Source: Escherichia coli (lineage in GTDB: Bacteria > Pseudomonadota > Gammaproteobacteria > Enterobacterales > Enterobacteriaceae). Taken from it: 64,000 nt of DNA. Shown one piece after another: positions 10,678 through 23,048 of the stretch. The stretch is from NCBI RefSeq assembly GCF_024700885.2, contig NZ_CP117016.1; one strand, written 5' to 3'. The stretch's first letter is position 1, and every line of letters begins with the position of its first letter. The notes under the pieces were generated by a model. The model worked only from the letters and a program-made list of their open reading frames with translations, was not told where the DNA came from and made no database searches. The position numbers and the translations under genes were made by a program.

Positions 10678-12969
10678 TTACCCTTCACGTTCTACCACTT
10701 TAATTTCCACCATGCCGATCCCGAGCTTACGCGGCGAGTGTCCGAGGATATTCCCTTCGTTGGTTGAGACAGGTTCCGGCGGCACAATTACCAGCGTGTC
10801 GGCATCGGTTGGGTTATCGAAATGCAGCGTGGTGGTGGTCACTTCATTGCCCAGCACAAGAGTTTGTTCTTCATTGCCTACGCGTACCGGAATAGGACGG
10901 CTGGCGTTATTGCCGTATGCTTTGGCGGTAATCACCAGGTCAAATTTCTTCGGCAGCGGATGCTTGTACTCGATTTTTACTTCGTCGCCCAGTTGCGCGT
11001 TGGACCAGCGGCCCCACGACTCCGGACGGGAAATCCCGCTAAACTGTTTCACCTCTTCTGGCGCACCGGCGACGTTAAAGATGAAACTGTCGGCTTTGTA
11101 GCGAATATCGTTATCAACAATCTTCAGCGTATCGACATTGCCTTTGTAACGCGCCATGTCGATGACCGTATCTTTAAATGCCGTTTTGCCCTTCCACATT
11201 GTTTTATCAACATGCTGGACAATTTGCTGACCGCCAAGCTGCCCTTGCGAGACACACCAGTCGGTGGAGAGTGCCAGTTCCGGAGCCCAAAGTTGTGCCA
11301 TCTTGTAGCAACGGTCAACCCAGACGAAATTGTCGCGTGGAGCGAAATCGGCCAGCTGGAAACGCAGCGGTGCTGAGTATTCGCTTTCCGGCAGCGGTTC
11401 CACGCGTTTGTCTGAAACCCGCAACAGCAGCGGCAAACGGAAATGGCTACCCGAGAAGGCAATCATGTTTTTCTGCTGGTCGATGGTGAACTCTTTCATC
11501 TCTTTAGGGAATTTCCACAGGCGGATGATATCCGGCTTCCACGCCAATGTTTTCTCTTTGATATTGAGGAAGATTTCCGACATTGACTGCCCGGATAAAC
11601 TGCTACGACCAAGTCCGAGATAGTTATCGCCACCGAGAATGTCCAGCACCGTCGCGCCGTTATCCATCGTGTTACGCTTCACCGCCAGCGTCTCTTGCTG
11701 CGGCTTGTCGCCACGGATGACAAAAAACAGGTTATTGCGATCCTGTTTATTAAGGTATTTCCACGCCGTGTTGTTCATCGCTAAATGGTCAGAAGAGACG
11801 ACGATGACGGTATCTTTAAACCACGGTGACGCTTTGATTTTGTTGATAAACGTCGCGATATTCTCCTGGCTGCAACTTACCGCGCTGAATGACTGATTCG
11901 GCTTACCGTCAAAATCATATTTTTTGCGGTTACAGGTACGCGAGATAAAACCATCCGGGTGATGGGTATCGACTGTCAGGGTAAACAGTGAGAATCGCTG
12001 ACCTGAGCGGGAAAGCTCTTCAAACTTTTTCCACGCTTCATCGAGAACGGTATCGTCGTAGAATCCCCAGTCGTTGCGATAGTGCGGGTCGGCTACCACG
12101 CTTTTCAGCTCTTCTGAGCCGTATAAGTGGTCGAAGCCATGCGACTTCAGGAACACATCTTTACCGGCAAAACGCAGATTTGCGCCCTGCACGAAATAGT
12201 TCTGATAACCCGAGTTTTTCAGGATATCTCCCAGACAGATGTTCTGCGGGAAGAAGCTGGAGACAGAGGCGGAGGCGTTGCCTTCAAAGGGGGCAAACAG
12301 CGGTATGCCGCACTGAGAAGCCACCATGCCCGCAATCGTGTAATCCGTTCCTGGCAGCTGCTGCGTGTGGCTGAAATCCAGGCCTTCATTTTTCAACGCG
12401 CCCAGTTCAGGCGTGAGATCCGGGAAAGCCTCGTTATCAAAATAGGTCCGCTCGAGACTTTCGCCGTAGATATAAACCAGGTTGAGTTTCGGGTCAGGGA
12501 TAGTTTTCGACGGCTCTTTATAATAAGCCGCAAAGTCCGGGTCGCCGTCGCGTGACTGGGATTTCACTAGTTCCGTTATCTGACGAAATGCCGGGCTGGC
12601 ATCCACTGAACCCAGCGCCAGTAAGAGTGCCAGCAGGCTGTAACCAAAATGGTGCGGATGATGGCGACGACGGCGCAGGATCCAGCCCAGCGCACCGAAC
12701 ACCGCCGTCAGCCCCAGCACAATGCCGATACCAGGCAGGATGTATTTACTGACACCAGCACCGGTCAGGCTGTTGGTTAAGGTATAGAGAACCGCGTCGT
12801 TAATACCATCGCCAGTAAAATAGTCGCTGGCAAACAGGGTGATATTTAAAACGACAAATAGCCCCAGTACCGTTAATGTGGCTGCAAACCACCAGGTGTT
12901 ACGTCCCGCTTTCCATGCGTAAATCAGCACAGAGGCGAGAAAAAGGGCGAAAGAGAGTAGTTCTGACAA
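10678..12969 (-). CDS. opgB: phosphoglycerol transferase I (osmoregulated periplasmic glucan biosynthesis)
   Basis: 763-aa ORF ([10 protein letters not shown]..., first codon TTG) with N-terminal TM segments and sulfatase-like domain. Confidence 0.9.
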   Translation of the reverse strand: MSELLSFALFLASVLIYAWKAGRNTWWFAATLTVLGLFVVLNITLFASDYFTGDGINDAVLYTLTNSLTGAGVSKYILPGIGIVLGLTAVFGALGWILRRRRHHPHHFGYSLLALLLALGSVDASPAFRQITELVKSQSRDGDPDFAAYYKEPSKTIPDPKLNLVYIYGESLERTYFDNEAFPDLTPELGALKNEGLDFSHTQQLPGTDYTIAGMVASQCGIPLFAPFEGNASASVSSFFPQNICLGDILKNSGYQNYFVQGANLRFAGKDVFLKSHGFDHLYGSEELKSVVADPHYRNDWGFYDDTVLDEAWKKFEELSRSGQRFSLFTLTVDTHHPDGFISRTCNRKKYDFDGKPNQSFSAVSCSQENIATFINKIKASPWFKDTVIVVSSDHLAMNNTAWKYLNKQDRNNLFFVIRGDKPQQETLAVKRNTMDNGATVLDILGGDNYLGLGRSSLSGQSMSEIFLNIKEKTLAWKPDIIRLWKFPKEMKEFTIDQQKNMIAFSGSHFRLPLLLRVSDKRVEPLPESEYSAPLRFQLADFAPRDNFVWVDRCYKMAQLWAPELALSTDWCVSQGQLGGQQIVQHVDKTMWKGKTAFKDTVIDMARYKGNVDTLKIVDNDIRYKADSFIFNVAGAPEEVKQFSGISRPESWGRWSNAQLGDEVKIEYKHPLPKKFDLVITAKAYGNNASRPIPVRVGNEEQTLVLGNEVTTTTLHFDNPTDADTLVIVPPEPVSTNEGNILGHSPRKLGIGMVEIKVVEREG

Positions 12970-13221
12970 CGGGCGATCCTCACTAAACCGGGCCGTTTAG
13001 CCAACGTTTAAGCTTTTTGAGAAGCACAATGTAATGGCGTCGCCATATTGCTGCAATTCTAGTGTCAAAAAAATGCGATGTTGTTAGGAATTAGTTTATA
13101 AACAGACTTTTTTGATTACGGTCGCTTCCCGTGTAACAGGGGAAAACCGTCCAGGAGCAGGGAAAAGGGCAGGAGAGAGCCGCGTCAGCCGGGTAACAGC
13201 TAAAACGCGGCGTTTCGCGGT

Positions 13222-13719
13222 TCAGGAAATGAAGTTCAGCCCCTGCTTTAACACCAGATCGCAGGCTTTGGTTTTCACCTTTTCTGCCAGCGGAGTCGTT
13301 CCGATATTATCCAGATTGAGTTGCTGACCATCTTTAGTTTTCAGCAACCCCTGAATGCCATCCAGATAATTGGTGTCTTCTTTTTGCTCTTCACTGTTCA
13401 GGCCCAGTTTTTCCAGTACCTGATTCTTGATGTTTTCGGCATCGGTTACCGAAGCCAGCTTTTGCTTCGCGCAGTATTGCAGAATGCCTGCGGCATTGTT
13501 CATGTTATCTGCGCTTAAGGCCTGGTTTCCGCTGCTAAGCAAGTTAGTTAATGACGCGAGCGACCAACCGCCTTCCTGTGTCGTGCTGTTTTGGTTGCCA
13601 AGTTCGCTGGCGGCGCTGGAGAGCGCATCTTTCCAGGACGCAGCATGCACCCCGGTGGAAATTAATGCGCTGGCGGCAATGGCACAGCACAGAAGATGTT
13701 TAACAGTTTTCATCATCAT
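13222..13719 (-). CDS. yjjA: uncharacterised secreted protein YjjA
   Basis: ~165-aa ORF with signal peptide (MKTVKHLLCCAIAASALISTGVHA); exact start among the MMM codons uncertain. Confidence 0.7.
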   Translation of the reverse strand: MMMKTVKHLLCCAIAASALISTGVHAASWKDALSSAASELGNQNSTTQEGGWSLASLTNLLSSGNQALSADNMNNAAGILQYCAKQKLASVTDAENIKNQVLEKLGLNSEEQKEDTNYLDGIQGLLKTKDGQQLNLDNIGTTPLAEKVKTKACDLVLKQGLNFIS

Positions 13720-13764
13720 TACTCAAGGTGGAATTGTGTCGCAGTATACCGCCAGAAACGGGGA

Positions 13765-14502
13765 TTAATACTCTTTACCCGTTACCCGGCTACGGTAGCT
13801 ATCCCAGTTGAAGATCACCCACAAACTGTTACCCAGGCGCATACGGTCCATCACGCGTTCGCCCAGCAACTTGGTCATCTCTTCCATATTACTGTTGGTC
13901 AGCATCCCGGTTGGGCGTTTGGAAGAAGAGCGGCGATCGACGATCTGGTTGATGATCACTTTTTCGTATTTCGATTCGGTCTGCACGCCGATCTCATCGA
14001 TCACCAGCAGATCAACGTTGCTCAGATCGTTAAGCAGTTGTTCTTCGCTGGTACCGCTATTCCTGAAGGTATCTTTCATCGCCGACATAATATCGGCCAC
14101 GGTGATGATCAATACGGATTTACCGCGTAGCAGCAGCTCGTTGCAGATTGCCGCCGCCAGATGGTTTTTGCCGGTTCCTGGCTTACCAGAAAAGATGAAG
14201 CTGGCGATGTTGCCGTCAAACTCTTCGACATACTGGCGCGCTTTGCTTAACGCATTCATCTGCCCTTCACACTCAACGCGATAGTTCTCAAAGGAGCAGT
14301 TCTGATGCAGTGGACGAATACCGGAGCGGTTAAAGGTGCGCTGCATTTTCATCGCCCGATTTTCACGTTCGAGAGCGGCGGAGCGGATCGCCCCTTGTTC
14401 TTTCTGCCAGGCCAGTAGTTCTTCACCCGTTTTGAAAGCAGGTTTGATATGGGCAGGCATCATTTTTTGCAGGCGTTGCATCAGGTCGCCAACGTTTTTC
14501 AT
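13765..14502 (-). CDS. dnaC: DNA replication protein DnaC (helicase loader)
   Basis: 245-aa ORF with Walker A GKPGTGKNHLAAA and the DnaC N-terminus. Confidence 0.92.
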   Translation of the reverse strand: MKNVGDLMQRLQKMMPAHIKPAFKTGEELLAWQKEQGAIRSAALERENRAMKMQRTFNRSGIRPLHQNCSFENYRVECEGQMNALSKARQYVEEFDGNIASFIFSGKPGTGKNHLAAAICNELLLRGKSVLIITVADIMSAMKDTFRNSGTSEEQLLNDLSNVDLLVIDEIGVQTESKYEKVIINQIVDRRSSSKRPTGMLTNSNMEEMTKLLGERVMDRMRLGNSLWVIFNWDSYRSRVTGKEY

Positions 14503-14504
14503 CG

Positions 14505-15044
14505 TTACCCTCTGAATCCTGGTGGAATTTGGCTGTCAGGTTCACTGACCGTATTCACATCTCGTTTCGGCAGTCCGCCGTTGCTGGCACGACCGATTTG
14601 CAGGCTGCGCGCCAGTTTTTGTTGCCACTGCACATGGTGAAAGACTTTACCTTCCGCCTGCCAGTAGGCAATGAATGAGGCCAGTTCTTCGGTGGTCACC
14701 GGCTCTCTTAGCGCCACGCCCCATAGCGCCGCCAGGCGGATAAAGTCGGCATCGGGTTGCCAGTCCGGATACATGGCGAATTTCCCCATGGGTACAGCTA
14801 CGGGAGCAGCTTGCGGTTCCTGATAGAGTTGATCGTCCAGAGCGACATCGCTTCCCGGACGCGCCAGCTTTTCTTCCAGCGCCAGCAGTTCAGCCAGGCG
14901 TGCAGGCGTGACGGCATAAAACGCCGGGGCATTGTTAGCAAATACGGCAACCACACCGCCTTCAGCTTTTGCCAGAACGGTTTGGTGATCGTGTACCAGG
15001 GCGTCAATACCAACGACGTCCGGGGTCAAAACTCTGGAAGACAT
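14505..15044 (-). CDS. dnaT: primosomal protein DnaT
   Basis: ATG at 15044 gives 179 aa ([19 protein letters not shown]...); directly upstream of dnaC. Confidence 0.9.
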
Positions 15045-15150
15045 ACTGTTTCTCAAATATGGAACGATGAACGAGAAGGGAGATAACTTTTATAGTAACA
15101 CACGGAGGAGAGGAGGCTGTCTCTCATCCGTGTGCTTAAGCGAGGCAATT

Positions 15151-15624
15151 TTATACGCGAGGGCGCTTGCGGTACAACCATAATCCAGGAATGGAAAGAC
15201 CGATGGATAACGCACCAACAATTGATGAAGCTGTAAGAAAGTTGGTTAACAGGGTAATCATCAACGGTTCGCTGTAACCTAGTTGGCTGATTTTTACCGC
15301 CGAAATCATTGCGGTATAAGCCGATATGCCAGGGAACATAGGAATAACAGCCGCCACGGTAAACACTTTCGGATGCGCCAGATACCAGCGCGACCATTGA
15401 ATACCAATGGTGCCGACCAGCATAGAAGCCATAAAAGTTGACCACTCAATATTCAGCCCGCTGGTCATTAAGATCATTCGGGAACCATGACCTATCGAGC
15501 CAAGCAGCGCACACCAGCGTAACGCCCGCACGGGAACGTTGAACACCATCGCAAAGCCGACCGCAGGAATGGCGGCGAGGATCATATCCTGCGCCAACGC
15601 TAACAGAAATTCGATCACACCCAT
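15151..15624 (-). CDS. yjjB: inner-membrane protein YjjB (ThrE-family companion)
   Basis: 157-aa hydrophobic ORF from the ATG at 15624; overlaps the yjjP 3' end. Confidence 0.8.
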
Positions 15625-16385
15625 CCGCGTAGCCCCCAAATCGTCAGTGCCATCACTACGCCGACGCAGGTAGCCAGTGTCAGCAGACTGGCGATCGCCC
15701 AGCGTGCCAGTCCGGTATTGATGTGGCCTTTAAACATATCGGCGACGGCATTAATCAACGGAAAACCCGGCACCAGCAGCAGAACGCTGGCGGCCATCGC
15801 GATAGTGGGTGTATTGCTGAAAGTGGGAAGTTGCAAAAGCAAACCGGAAATGGTGGTGGCGGCGAAAGCGGTGAGGCAAAAGTTGATCTGTGGATGAAGA
15901 TGACGTTGTGCCAGCAGCTGGCGGATATACATCGCGACCGTACTGGCAAAGAAGGTGATGACGGCACCATCCCAGCCACCTTTATTGAGTTTACAGAAAC
16001 AGGCGCAAGAAAGGCCGACCATTAAGGCTACCAGCCATCTCGGGTAACGTAATGGCTGAATTTGGCTAAATCGTTTCTCTACACCTTTGTAATCCAGCAG
16101 ATGATGCTCCGCCAGAATCACAATGTGCTGGACTTCAGTCACCACATGCATATTAATGCCGCGATCGTGATTTTTTCGTGTCGATGTCAGGCATTGCCCA
16201 TCTTTAATGGTTGTCAGCACTATGGCGTTCGAAGAGATAGAACTTTCGACGCTGTCCATTCCCAGCGCCCGACCCAGTCGTGAGGAAAGCTCATCAACCA
16301 ACGCGCTTTCCGCACCATGTTGCAAAAGAAATAATCCACACTGGATACAAAGCCGTGTTACGGCTCGCTGTTGCTCAGTTTGCAT
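15615..16385 (-). CDS. yjjP: inner-membrane protein YjjP (ThrE family)
   Basis: 256-aa ORF from the ATG at 16385 ([12 protein letters not shown]...). Confidence 0.8.
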
Positions 16386-16448
16386 AACTCGCCCTTTGTC
16401 ATAGACGTGATGCGTATTGTTCAGATAATGAGAATCCATTTGTATCAT

Positions 16449-17003
16449 GAAGCACGGTTGTTTTGCGGTAGGTTAAGATCAAAATTGCGCTGATTAATCT
16501 TGGTTATCAGGAGAAGCTCGGTGATAAAAAGCGAATTATCTCTCGTCGCAAACAAATTATCACATGAATATTATCACTATAATGAATTTATTGTTTAGCC
16601 TTTACGAATCAGGATAAAAGATAACTGGGCGCGTTTTTTAATTTTTACAAGTTAAAACTATCAGATTTTATTGAATAAATATTGATTGTGTGATCCCGCA
16701 TTCTGCGGGAAGGGATATCAGTTAATTATAAATTAAATGAATGAGAATTCTGTTTTTCATTAAGTATTTCTAACAACTTAATGTAGATATTTTAAATGTC
16801 TCCAGGCTATTTCACCAGGTTATCATTTGATGCTAACCTTCTGACACATGCAGTGGAGTTGTTGTGCAGCAGGAGTATGCTGATATGAAAGTGAATGCTA
16901 AGGATAATTTATTCGCTTAATCTATTAATTTGCTGGAAACATTTAAGGAATGAATATCCTGAATAAACCATCATGATTTATAGACAGTGGATGTGGAGGA
17001 AAT
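16449..17003. promoter_or_regulatory. AT-rich yjjP / yjjQ divergent intergenic region
   Basis: ~550-bp, very AT-rich spacer between divergent genes; an H-NS-type silenced promoter region is expected from K-12 knowledge. Confidence 0.4.
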
Positions 17004-17729
17004 ATGTTGCCAGGATGCTGCAAAAATGGAATTGTTATCAGTAAAATACCTGTTATGCAAGCAGGGTTAAAAGAGGTCATGAGGACTCACTTCCCTGAAT
17101 ATGAAATAATATCCAGCGCCTCTGCGGAGGACCTTACCTTATTACAATTACGTCGTTCCGGATTAGTCATTGCTGATTTAGCCGGTGAAAGTGAAGATCC
17201 ACGTTCTGTTTGTGAACATTATTATTCTTTAATCTCACAATATCGGGAAATTCACTGGGTTTTCATGGTGTCACGTTCCTGGTATTCCCAGGCAGTAGAA
17301 TTGCTCATGTGCCCTACGGCGACGTTATTGTCTGATGTTGAACCCATTGAGAATCTGGTCAAGACCGTTCGTTCCGGCAATACGCACGCAGAGCGTATCA
17401 GCGCCATGCTGACCTCTCCGGCAATGACTGAAACTCATGATTTTAGCTATCGCTCCGTCATTCTCACTCTTTCAGAGCGTAAAGTGCTGCGGCTATTAGG
17501 TAAAGGATGGGGCATCAACCAGATAGCTTCATTGCTTAAGAAAAGTAATAAAACTATCAGCGCCCAAAAAAACAGTGCGATGCGTCGACTGGCAATTCAC
17601 AGCAACGCTGAAATGTATGCATGGATAAATAGCGCGCAGGGTGCAAGAGAACTTAACTTGCCTTCTGTTTATGGAGATGCCGCAGAATGGAACACAGCCG
17701 AATTAAGAAGAGAAATGTCGCACTCATAG
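17004..17729 (+). CDS. yjjQ: LuxR-family transcriptional regulator YjjQ
   Basis: 241-aa ORF with C-terminal LuxR-type HTH. Confidence 0.85.
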
Positions 17730-18364
17730 AAAAATGCGTCATGAGTAGTATCGGTATTGAGAGTTTATTCAGAAAGTTTGCGGGTAACCCTTATAAGCTC
17801 CATACCTATACCAGTCAGGAGTCATTTCAGGATGCCATGTCGCGGATCTCGTTTGCGGCGGTCATTTTTTCTTTTTCTGCCATGAGAAGTGAGCGCAGAG
17901 AGGGATTATCATGCCTGACTGAACTGGCGATTAAGTTCCCGCGTACCCGGCGTTTAGTTATTGCGGATGATGATATTGAAGCTCGGCTGATTGGTTCATT
18001 GTCGCCATCACCGCTGGACGGTGTATTAAGTAAAGCGTCAACGCTGGAGATTTTTCATCAGGAACTCTTTTTGTCATTAAATGGTGTACGTCAGGCGACC
18101 GACCGACTGAACAATCAGTGGTACATTAATCAAAGCCGAACGCTAAGCCCGACGGAGAGAGAAATATTGCGCTTTATGTCGCGTGGCTACTCAATGACAC
18201 AAATTGCCGAGCAGCTTAAACGCAATATCAAAACGATCCGTGCACATAAATTTAATGTGATGTCGAAACTGGGCGTCAGTTCTGATGCAGGGTTGTTGGA
18301 GGCCGCAGATATTCTGTTATGTATGCGGCATTGCGAAGCAAGTAATGTGTTGCATCCCTATTAA
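17687..18364 (+). CDS. bglJ: LuxR-family transcriptional activator BglJ
   Basis: 225-aa ORF overlapping the yjjQ 3' end; C-terminal LuxR HTH ([18 protein letters not shown]). Confidence 0.85.
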
Positions 18365-18401
18365 TCCGCATGATGCCGGGTTTACTTCCCCGGCAGTGCT
18401 T

Positions 18402-19190
18402 TCATTTCAGCGTACAATCGCCACATTGCTGCACATCCGGTAACCGATAACGCTGGCAGCAAGTGCGGCGCACCAGCAGGCCGTCGCGCAGTACCACGGT
18501 ACGCCAGAGTGGATTATCTTCACCGTTCGTGAGCATTTTCTCAAAAAAGAGGGCATGGCGCAGCGATTCAACCGTCGCCTCGCCAAGCAGCTGCTTCATC
18601 TCAGTGAGATACCAGTTGATCAAATAACCGGTATTACTCCAGATAAGTTTGCCGTTGATCTCTCCCGTCGCTTCTAATGCCTGCACAACCGGAACCAGCG
18701 CCTGGCTGATTAACGTTTCCATTCGCTGCTGCGGCGAATGTAGTGTTGCGTTTTTATCTTCACACACATCGACCCAGAAACAGGCGGCGCGTCCGGTTTC
18801 GTGAAACTCAACGTGGAAATGTTCCGGCGACACATCTAATGCTTTTTCCTGCGTCAGCAGCGCCAACATTAATGGTTGCACCATCAGGCCGATATACCAT
18901 TGCGCCCATAGTGAGATCAGCGGTTTGTTCTCGCGGATCATCGTTGGTTGGTTGCGATAGATATGATCGGAATAGACCGCCAGTAGAGAACTTAGCGCAT
19001 TCGTTGATGACCATTGCGCCAGCGTCATGGCGTTAAGCGGAGCGGGTTCATCCAGGCGGATAAACTCGAGCAAATGTTCACGATGTTCGGCGATCGTCGT
19101 CCGTATGGCTTGTGCAAGCCCAGCATCCTGCGGCTGGAGATGCGTTCGCCAGATAACATCTTCATAGAGCGGTGCGGAACGATAGGCCAT
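18402..19190 (-). CDS. fhuF: ferric-siderophore reductase FhuF (2Fe-2S)
   Basis: 262-aa ORF ending in a C-C-x10-C-x2-C cluster (CCQRYRLPDVQQCGDCTLK). Confidence 0.9.
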   Translation of the reverse strand: MAYRSAPLYEDVIWRTHLQPQDAGLAQAIRTTIAEHREHLLEFIRLDEPAPLNAMTLAQWSSTNALSSLLAVYSDHIYRNQPTMIRENKPLISLWAQWYIGLMVQPLMLALLTQEKALDVSPEHFHVEFHETGRAACFWVDVCEDKNATLHSPQQRMETLISQALVPVVQALEATGEINGKLIWSNTGYLINWYLTEMKQLLGEATVESLRHALFFEKMLTNGEDNPLWRTVVLRDGLLVRRTCCQRYRLPDVQQCGDCTLK

Positions 19191-19330
19191 AATCGGGATA
19201 GTAATCTAAATGATAATGATTGCTAATCCTAGCGATAGGTTTACCCGATAGCAAGGGATTTCTCTGGCTTGCAAATGATAAAAATTATCATATGATATTA
19301 GTTATCATTATCAATGAAAGAGATGAAACC

Positions 19331-19567
19331 ATGTTGCAACGTACGCTGGGCAGTGGCTGGGGAGTGTTGCTGCCGGGATTGCTGATTGCAGGGCTGATGT
19401 ATGCGGATTTATCGCCGGATCAGTGGCGGATTGTCATTCTGATGGGATTAATATTGACGCCGGTGATGCTGTATCACAAACAGTTGCGGCATTACGTTTT
19501 GCTGCCATCGTGCCTGGCGCTTATTGCTGGCATCATGCTGATGATAATGAATTTGAATCAGGGATGA
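19331..19567 (+). CDS. yjjZ: small membrane protein YjjZ
   Basis: 78-aa ORF from the ATG at 19331 (MLQRTLGSGWGVLLPG...); position between fhuF and the leu tRNAs. Confidence 0.65.
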   Translation: MLQRTLGSGWGVLLPGLLIAGLMYADLSPDQWRIVILMGLILTPVMLYHKQLRHYVLLPSCLALIAGIMLMIMNLNQG

Positions 19568-19605
19568 AAAATCAGGGAAGAAACAAGAAAGGAAGTAAAG
19601 ATAAT

Positions 19606-19692
19606 TGGTGCGAGGGGGGGGACTTGAACCCCCACGTCCGTAAGGACACTAACACCTGAAGCTAGCGCGTCTACCAATTCCGCCACCTTCGC
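19606..19692 (-). tRNA. leuV: tRNA-Leu (anticodon CAG)
   Basis: 87-nt minus-strand tRNA: GCGAAGGTGGCGGAATTGGTAGACGCGCTAGCTTCAGGTGTTAGTGTCCTTACGGACGTGGGGGTTCAAGTCCCCCCCCTCGCACCA, with long variable arm and encoded CCA. Confidence 0.95.
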
Positions 19693-19726
19693 ACAGTCAT
19701 CTTACTTTTTTTGATATCGCCTCGTT

Positions 19727-19813
19727 TGGTGCGAGGGGGGGGACTTGAACCCCCACGTCCGTAAGAACACTAACACCTGAAGCTAGCGCGTCTACCAATT
19801 CCGCCACCTTCGC
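19727..19813 (-). tRNA. leuP: tRNA-Leu (anticodon CAG), variant copy
   Basis: Same 87-nt tRNA with one substitution in the variable arm (plus strand gtaagaac instead of gtaaggac). Confidence 0.93.
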
Positions 19814-19841
19814 CCAGTGCGAGCAATATCAACGTGGTTTT

Positions 19842-19928
19842 TGGTGCGAGGGGGGGGACTTGAACCCCCACGTCCGTAAGGACACTAACACCTGAAGCTA
19901 GCGCGTCTACCAATTCCGCCACCTTCGC
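19842..19928 (-). tRNA. leuQ: tRNA-Leu (anticodon CAG)
   Basis: Third tandem copy, identical to copy 1; first transcribed of the minus-strand leuQPV operon. Confidence 0.95.
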
Positions 19929-20049
19929 ATACCATCAATTCTTAAAAAGAATTGCTACCACGGAGGCGCATTCTAGTGGTTTTCAGCTTTTCGTCAATAG
20001 TTAATTATCGCCGGAGGTGTAATTGCTGGAAAAATGTCCATCAGGAAAC

Positions 20050-20215
<166 letters not shown>

Positions 20216-20228
20216 TGCGGCGGGATAC

Positions 20229-21260
20229 TTAACCTTTCTTCGCCTGGCGGGTCATAATGGCGCGATACACCTTGAAGCGCCCGGTTTGCGCGATCACTTC
20301 ATGGAAGCCAAATGTCTCATCCAGCACGTCCGGATAAGGCAGGAAGGCGTTCGCTACAATTCGCAGCTCGCCGCCGCTATTAAGATGACGCACCGCGCCG
20401 CGAATCAGCGTTTGCGCCGCATCGAGGCTGGTTTGCATCCCATCGTGGAACGGCGGGTTGGAGATGATCATATCAAAACGACCTTTCACCTCGGAAAAGA
20501 CGTTACTGGCAAAGACTTCACCTTCAACACCGTTGGCCGCAAGTGTTGCGCGGCTGGCTTCTACCGCTGGCGCAGAGACATCGCACAGAGTGAGACGAAT
20601 TTTCGGCGAATGGCGCGCAAAGGCAACAGAAAGCACGCCCGCGCCACAGCCGACATCCAGCACTTTACCTTTCGTGTGCGGAGTTAACGTCGAGAGCAGT
20701 AACTGGCTACCGACATCCAGACCGTCGCGGCTAAACACGCCCGGCAGCGTTTTGACCGTCAGGCCATCCACGTTATATTCGCCCCAGAATTTATCCGCAT
20801 CAAATTCCGGCTGTTTTTCCAGACGACCAAAATAGAGGCCGCAGCGACGGGCGCTGTCGACTTTATTCAACGGCGCATAATCTGCCAGCATCTGTTCGGC
20901 GCTGCGCACGCCGCTGCGGTTCTCGCCAACGACAAAAATATCCGTGCCCACCGGCAGCAGAGAAAGTAAATTCATCAACTGGAACTGGGCTTCCGGTTTA
21001 TTCTTCGGCCAGTAGTAGATCAGCGTATCGCAATCTGCGACGTCATCTGCCGTTGCGACCAGACTAAAACGGGCGTTATCCCCCATCTGGCGGCTTAACA
21101 CCTGCCAATGGTGGAATTGCTGGGTATGAGCACGGCTGGCCGCGGTATCTAAACGCGCGGGCAGGTCATCCTGTAAGTCTCCGGCAAACAGAATACGGCT
21201 TTGTTCGAAATCATCACTGTGACGCAGCAAGACTTCACTTGCCGGGGTAAATGCAGACAT
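20229..21260 (-). CDS. rsmC: 16S rRNA m2G1207 methyltransferase
   Basis: 343-aa ORF with SAM-binding [11 protein letters not shown] and NPPFH motif. Confidence 0.9.
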   Translation of the reverse strand: MSAFTPASEVLLRHSDDFEQSRILFAGDLQDDLPARLDTAASRAHTQQFHHWQVLSRQMGDNARFSLVATADDVADCDTLIYYWPKNKPEAQFQLMNLLSLLPVGTDIFVVGENRSGVRSAEQMLADYAPLNKVDSARRCGLYFGRLEKQPEFDADKFWGEYNVDGLTVKTLPGVFSRDGLDVGSQLLLSTLTPHTKGKVLDVGCGAGVLSVAFARHSPKIRLTLCDVSAPAVEASRATLAANGVEGEVFASNVFSEVKGRFDMIISNPPFHDGMQTSLDAAQTLIRGAVRHLNSGGELRIVANAFLPYPDVLDETFGFHEVIAQTGRFKVYRAIMTRQAKKG

Positions 21261-21362
21261 GGAATGCTCCTCAATTGATACTGGCGGCGATTATAGCCAT
21301 ATGTTGGCGCGGTATCGACGAATTTGCTATATTTGCGCCCCTGACAACAGGAGCGATTCGCT

Positions 21363-21776
21363 ATGACATCCCGACGAGACTGGCAGTTACAGCAACTGGG
21401 CATTACCCAGTGGTCGCTGCGTCGCCCTGGCGCGTTGCAGGGGGAGATTGCCATTGCGATCCCGGCACACGTCCGTCTGGTGATGGTGGCAAACGATCTT
21501 CCCGCCCTGACTGATCCTCTGGTGAGCGATGTTCTGCGCGCATTAACCGTCAGCCCCGATCAAGTGCTGCAACTGACGCCAGAAAAAATCTCGATGCTGC
21601 CACAAGGCAGTCGCTGCAACAGCTGGCGGTTGGGTACTGACGAACCGCTATCACTGGAAGGCGCTCAGGTGGCATCACCGGCGCTCACCGAATTACGGGC
21701 AAACCCAACGGCACGCGCCGCGTTATGGCAACAAATTTGCACATATGAACACGATTTCTTCCCTCGAAACGACTGA
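21363..21776 (+). CDS. holD: DNA polymerase III psi subunit
   Basis: 137-aa ORF (MTSRRDWQLQQLGITQWSLRRP...). Confidence 0.9.
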   Translation: MTSRRDWQLQQLGITQWSLRRPGALQGEIAIAIPAHVRLVMVANDLPALTDPLVSDVLRALTVSPDQVLQLTPEKISMLPQGSRCNSWRLGTDEPLSLEGAQVASPALTELRANPTARAALWQQICTYEHDFFPRND

Positions 21777-22191
21777 TTTACCAGCGGCTTACCACATTGA
21801 ACAACGCGCCCACGCCTTTCCGTGGAGTGAGAAAACCTTTGCCAGCAACCAGGGCGAGCGTTATCTCAACTTTCAGTTAACGCAAAACGGCAAAATGGCG
21901 GCGTTTGCGATTACGCAAGTGGTGCTGGATGAAGCTACATTGTTCAATATTGCGGTCGATCCTGACTATCAGCGTCAGGGATTGGGAAGGGCGCTGCTGG
22001 AACATCTGATCGACGAACTGGAAAAACGCGGCGTGGCGACGCTATGGCTGGAAGTCCGTGCCTCAAACGCTGCCGCCATTGCACTGTACGAAAGTTTAGG
22101 CTTTAACGAGGCGACGATTCGCCGCAATTACTACCCCACCACGGACGGTCGCGAAGACGCCATCATCATGGCGTTGCCAATCAGTATGTAA
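21745..22191 (+). CDS. rimI: ribosomal-protein S18 alanine N-acetyltransferase
   Basis: 148-aa GNAT ORF ([14 protein letters not shown]), overlaps the holD 3' end. Confidence 0.9.
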   Translation: MNTISSLETTDLPAAYHIEQRAHAFPWSEKTFASNQGERYLNFQLTQNGKMAAFAITQVVLDEATLFNIAVDPDYQRQGLGRALLEHLIDELEKRGVATLWLEVRASNAAAIALYESLGFNEATIRRNYYPTTDGREDAIIMALPISM

Positions 22192-22205
22192 GACAAGGTG
22201 GAATA

Positions 22206-22883
22206 ATGAAGTGGGACTGGATTTTCTTTGATGCCGATGAAACGCTGTTTACCTTTGACTCATTCACCGGCCTGCAGCGGATGTTTCTTGATTACAGCGT
22301 CACCTTTACCGCTGAAGATTTTCAGGACTATCAGGCCGTTAACAAGCCACTGTGGGTGGATTATCAAAACGGCGCGATCACTTCATTACAGCTTCAGCAC
22401 GGGCGGTTTGAGAGCTGGGCCGAACGGCTGAACGTCGAGCCGGGTAAACTCAACGAAGCCTTTATTAATGCGATGGCGGAAATCTGTACGCCGCTGCCGG
22501 GCGCGGTTTCTCTGCTTAACGCCATTCGTGGCAACGCTAAAATTGGCATCATCACCAACGGCTTTAGCGCCTTGCAGCAAGTGCGTCTGGAACGCACGGG
22601 CCTGCGTGATTATTTCGATTTGCTGGTGATTTCCGAAGAAGTTGGCGTTGCCAAACCGAATAAGAAAATTTTCGATTATGCGCTGGAACAGGCGGGCAAT
22701 CCTGACCGTTCACGCGTGCTGATGGTTGGCGACACTGCCGAGTCCGATATTCTCGGTGGCATCAACGCCGGGCTTGCGACCTGCTGGCTGAATGCGCACA
22801 ATCGCGAGCAACCAGAAGGCATCGCGCCTACCTGGACCGTTTCTTCGTTGCACGAACTGGAGCAGCTCCTGTGTAAACACTGA
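22206..22883 (+). CDS. yjjG: HAD-family pyrimidine 5'-nucleotidase
   Basis: 225-aa ORF with HAD motif [10 protein letters not shown] and motif [14 protein letters not shown]. Confidence 0.9.
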   Translation: MKWDWIFFDADETLFTFDSFTGLQRMFLDYSVTFTAEDFQDYQAVNKPLWVDYQNGAITSLQLQHGRFESWAERLNVEPGKLNEAFINAMAEICTPLPGAVSLLNAIRGNAKIGIITNGFSALQQVRLERTGLRDYFDLLVISEEVGVAKPNKKIFDYALEQAGNPDRSRVLMVGDTAESDILGGINAGLATCWLNAHNREQPEGIAPTWTVSSLHELEQLLCKH

Positions 22884-22973
22884 TTGCCTCCCCCCCGTTG
22901 ATGGGTAAAATAGCCGCAATTTTTCGTTTTCAACAAGCGCGGCGCGATGCCGCTTACTCAAGAAGAAAGAATT

Positions 22974-23048
22974 ATGACGTTGTCTCCTTATTTGCAAGAG
23001 GTGGCGAAGCGCCGCACTTTTGCCATTATTTCTCACCCCAATAATTAA
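22974..23048 (+). pseudogene. prfC: 5' remnant of prfC (peptide chain release factor 3) interrupted by the prophage; attL region
   Basis: ATG at 22974 encodes [22 protein letters not shown], the RF3 N-terminus, then diverges inside the GTPase P-loop to NN-stop at 23046-23048. Confidence 0.75.

Noticed and set aside
19606-19928. Tandem near-identical 87-nt repeats with short spacers, considered as a possible CRISPR-like array
   Set aside because: The repeats are complete tRNA-Leu genes with cloverleaf features and anticodon CAG, in the known leuQPV operon arrangement.
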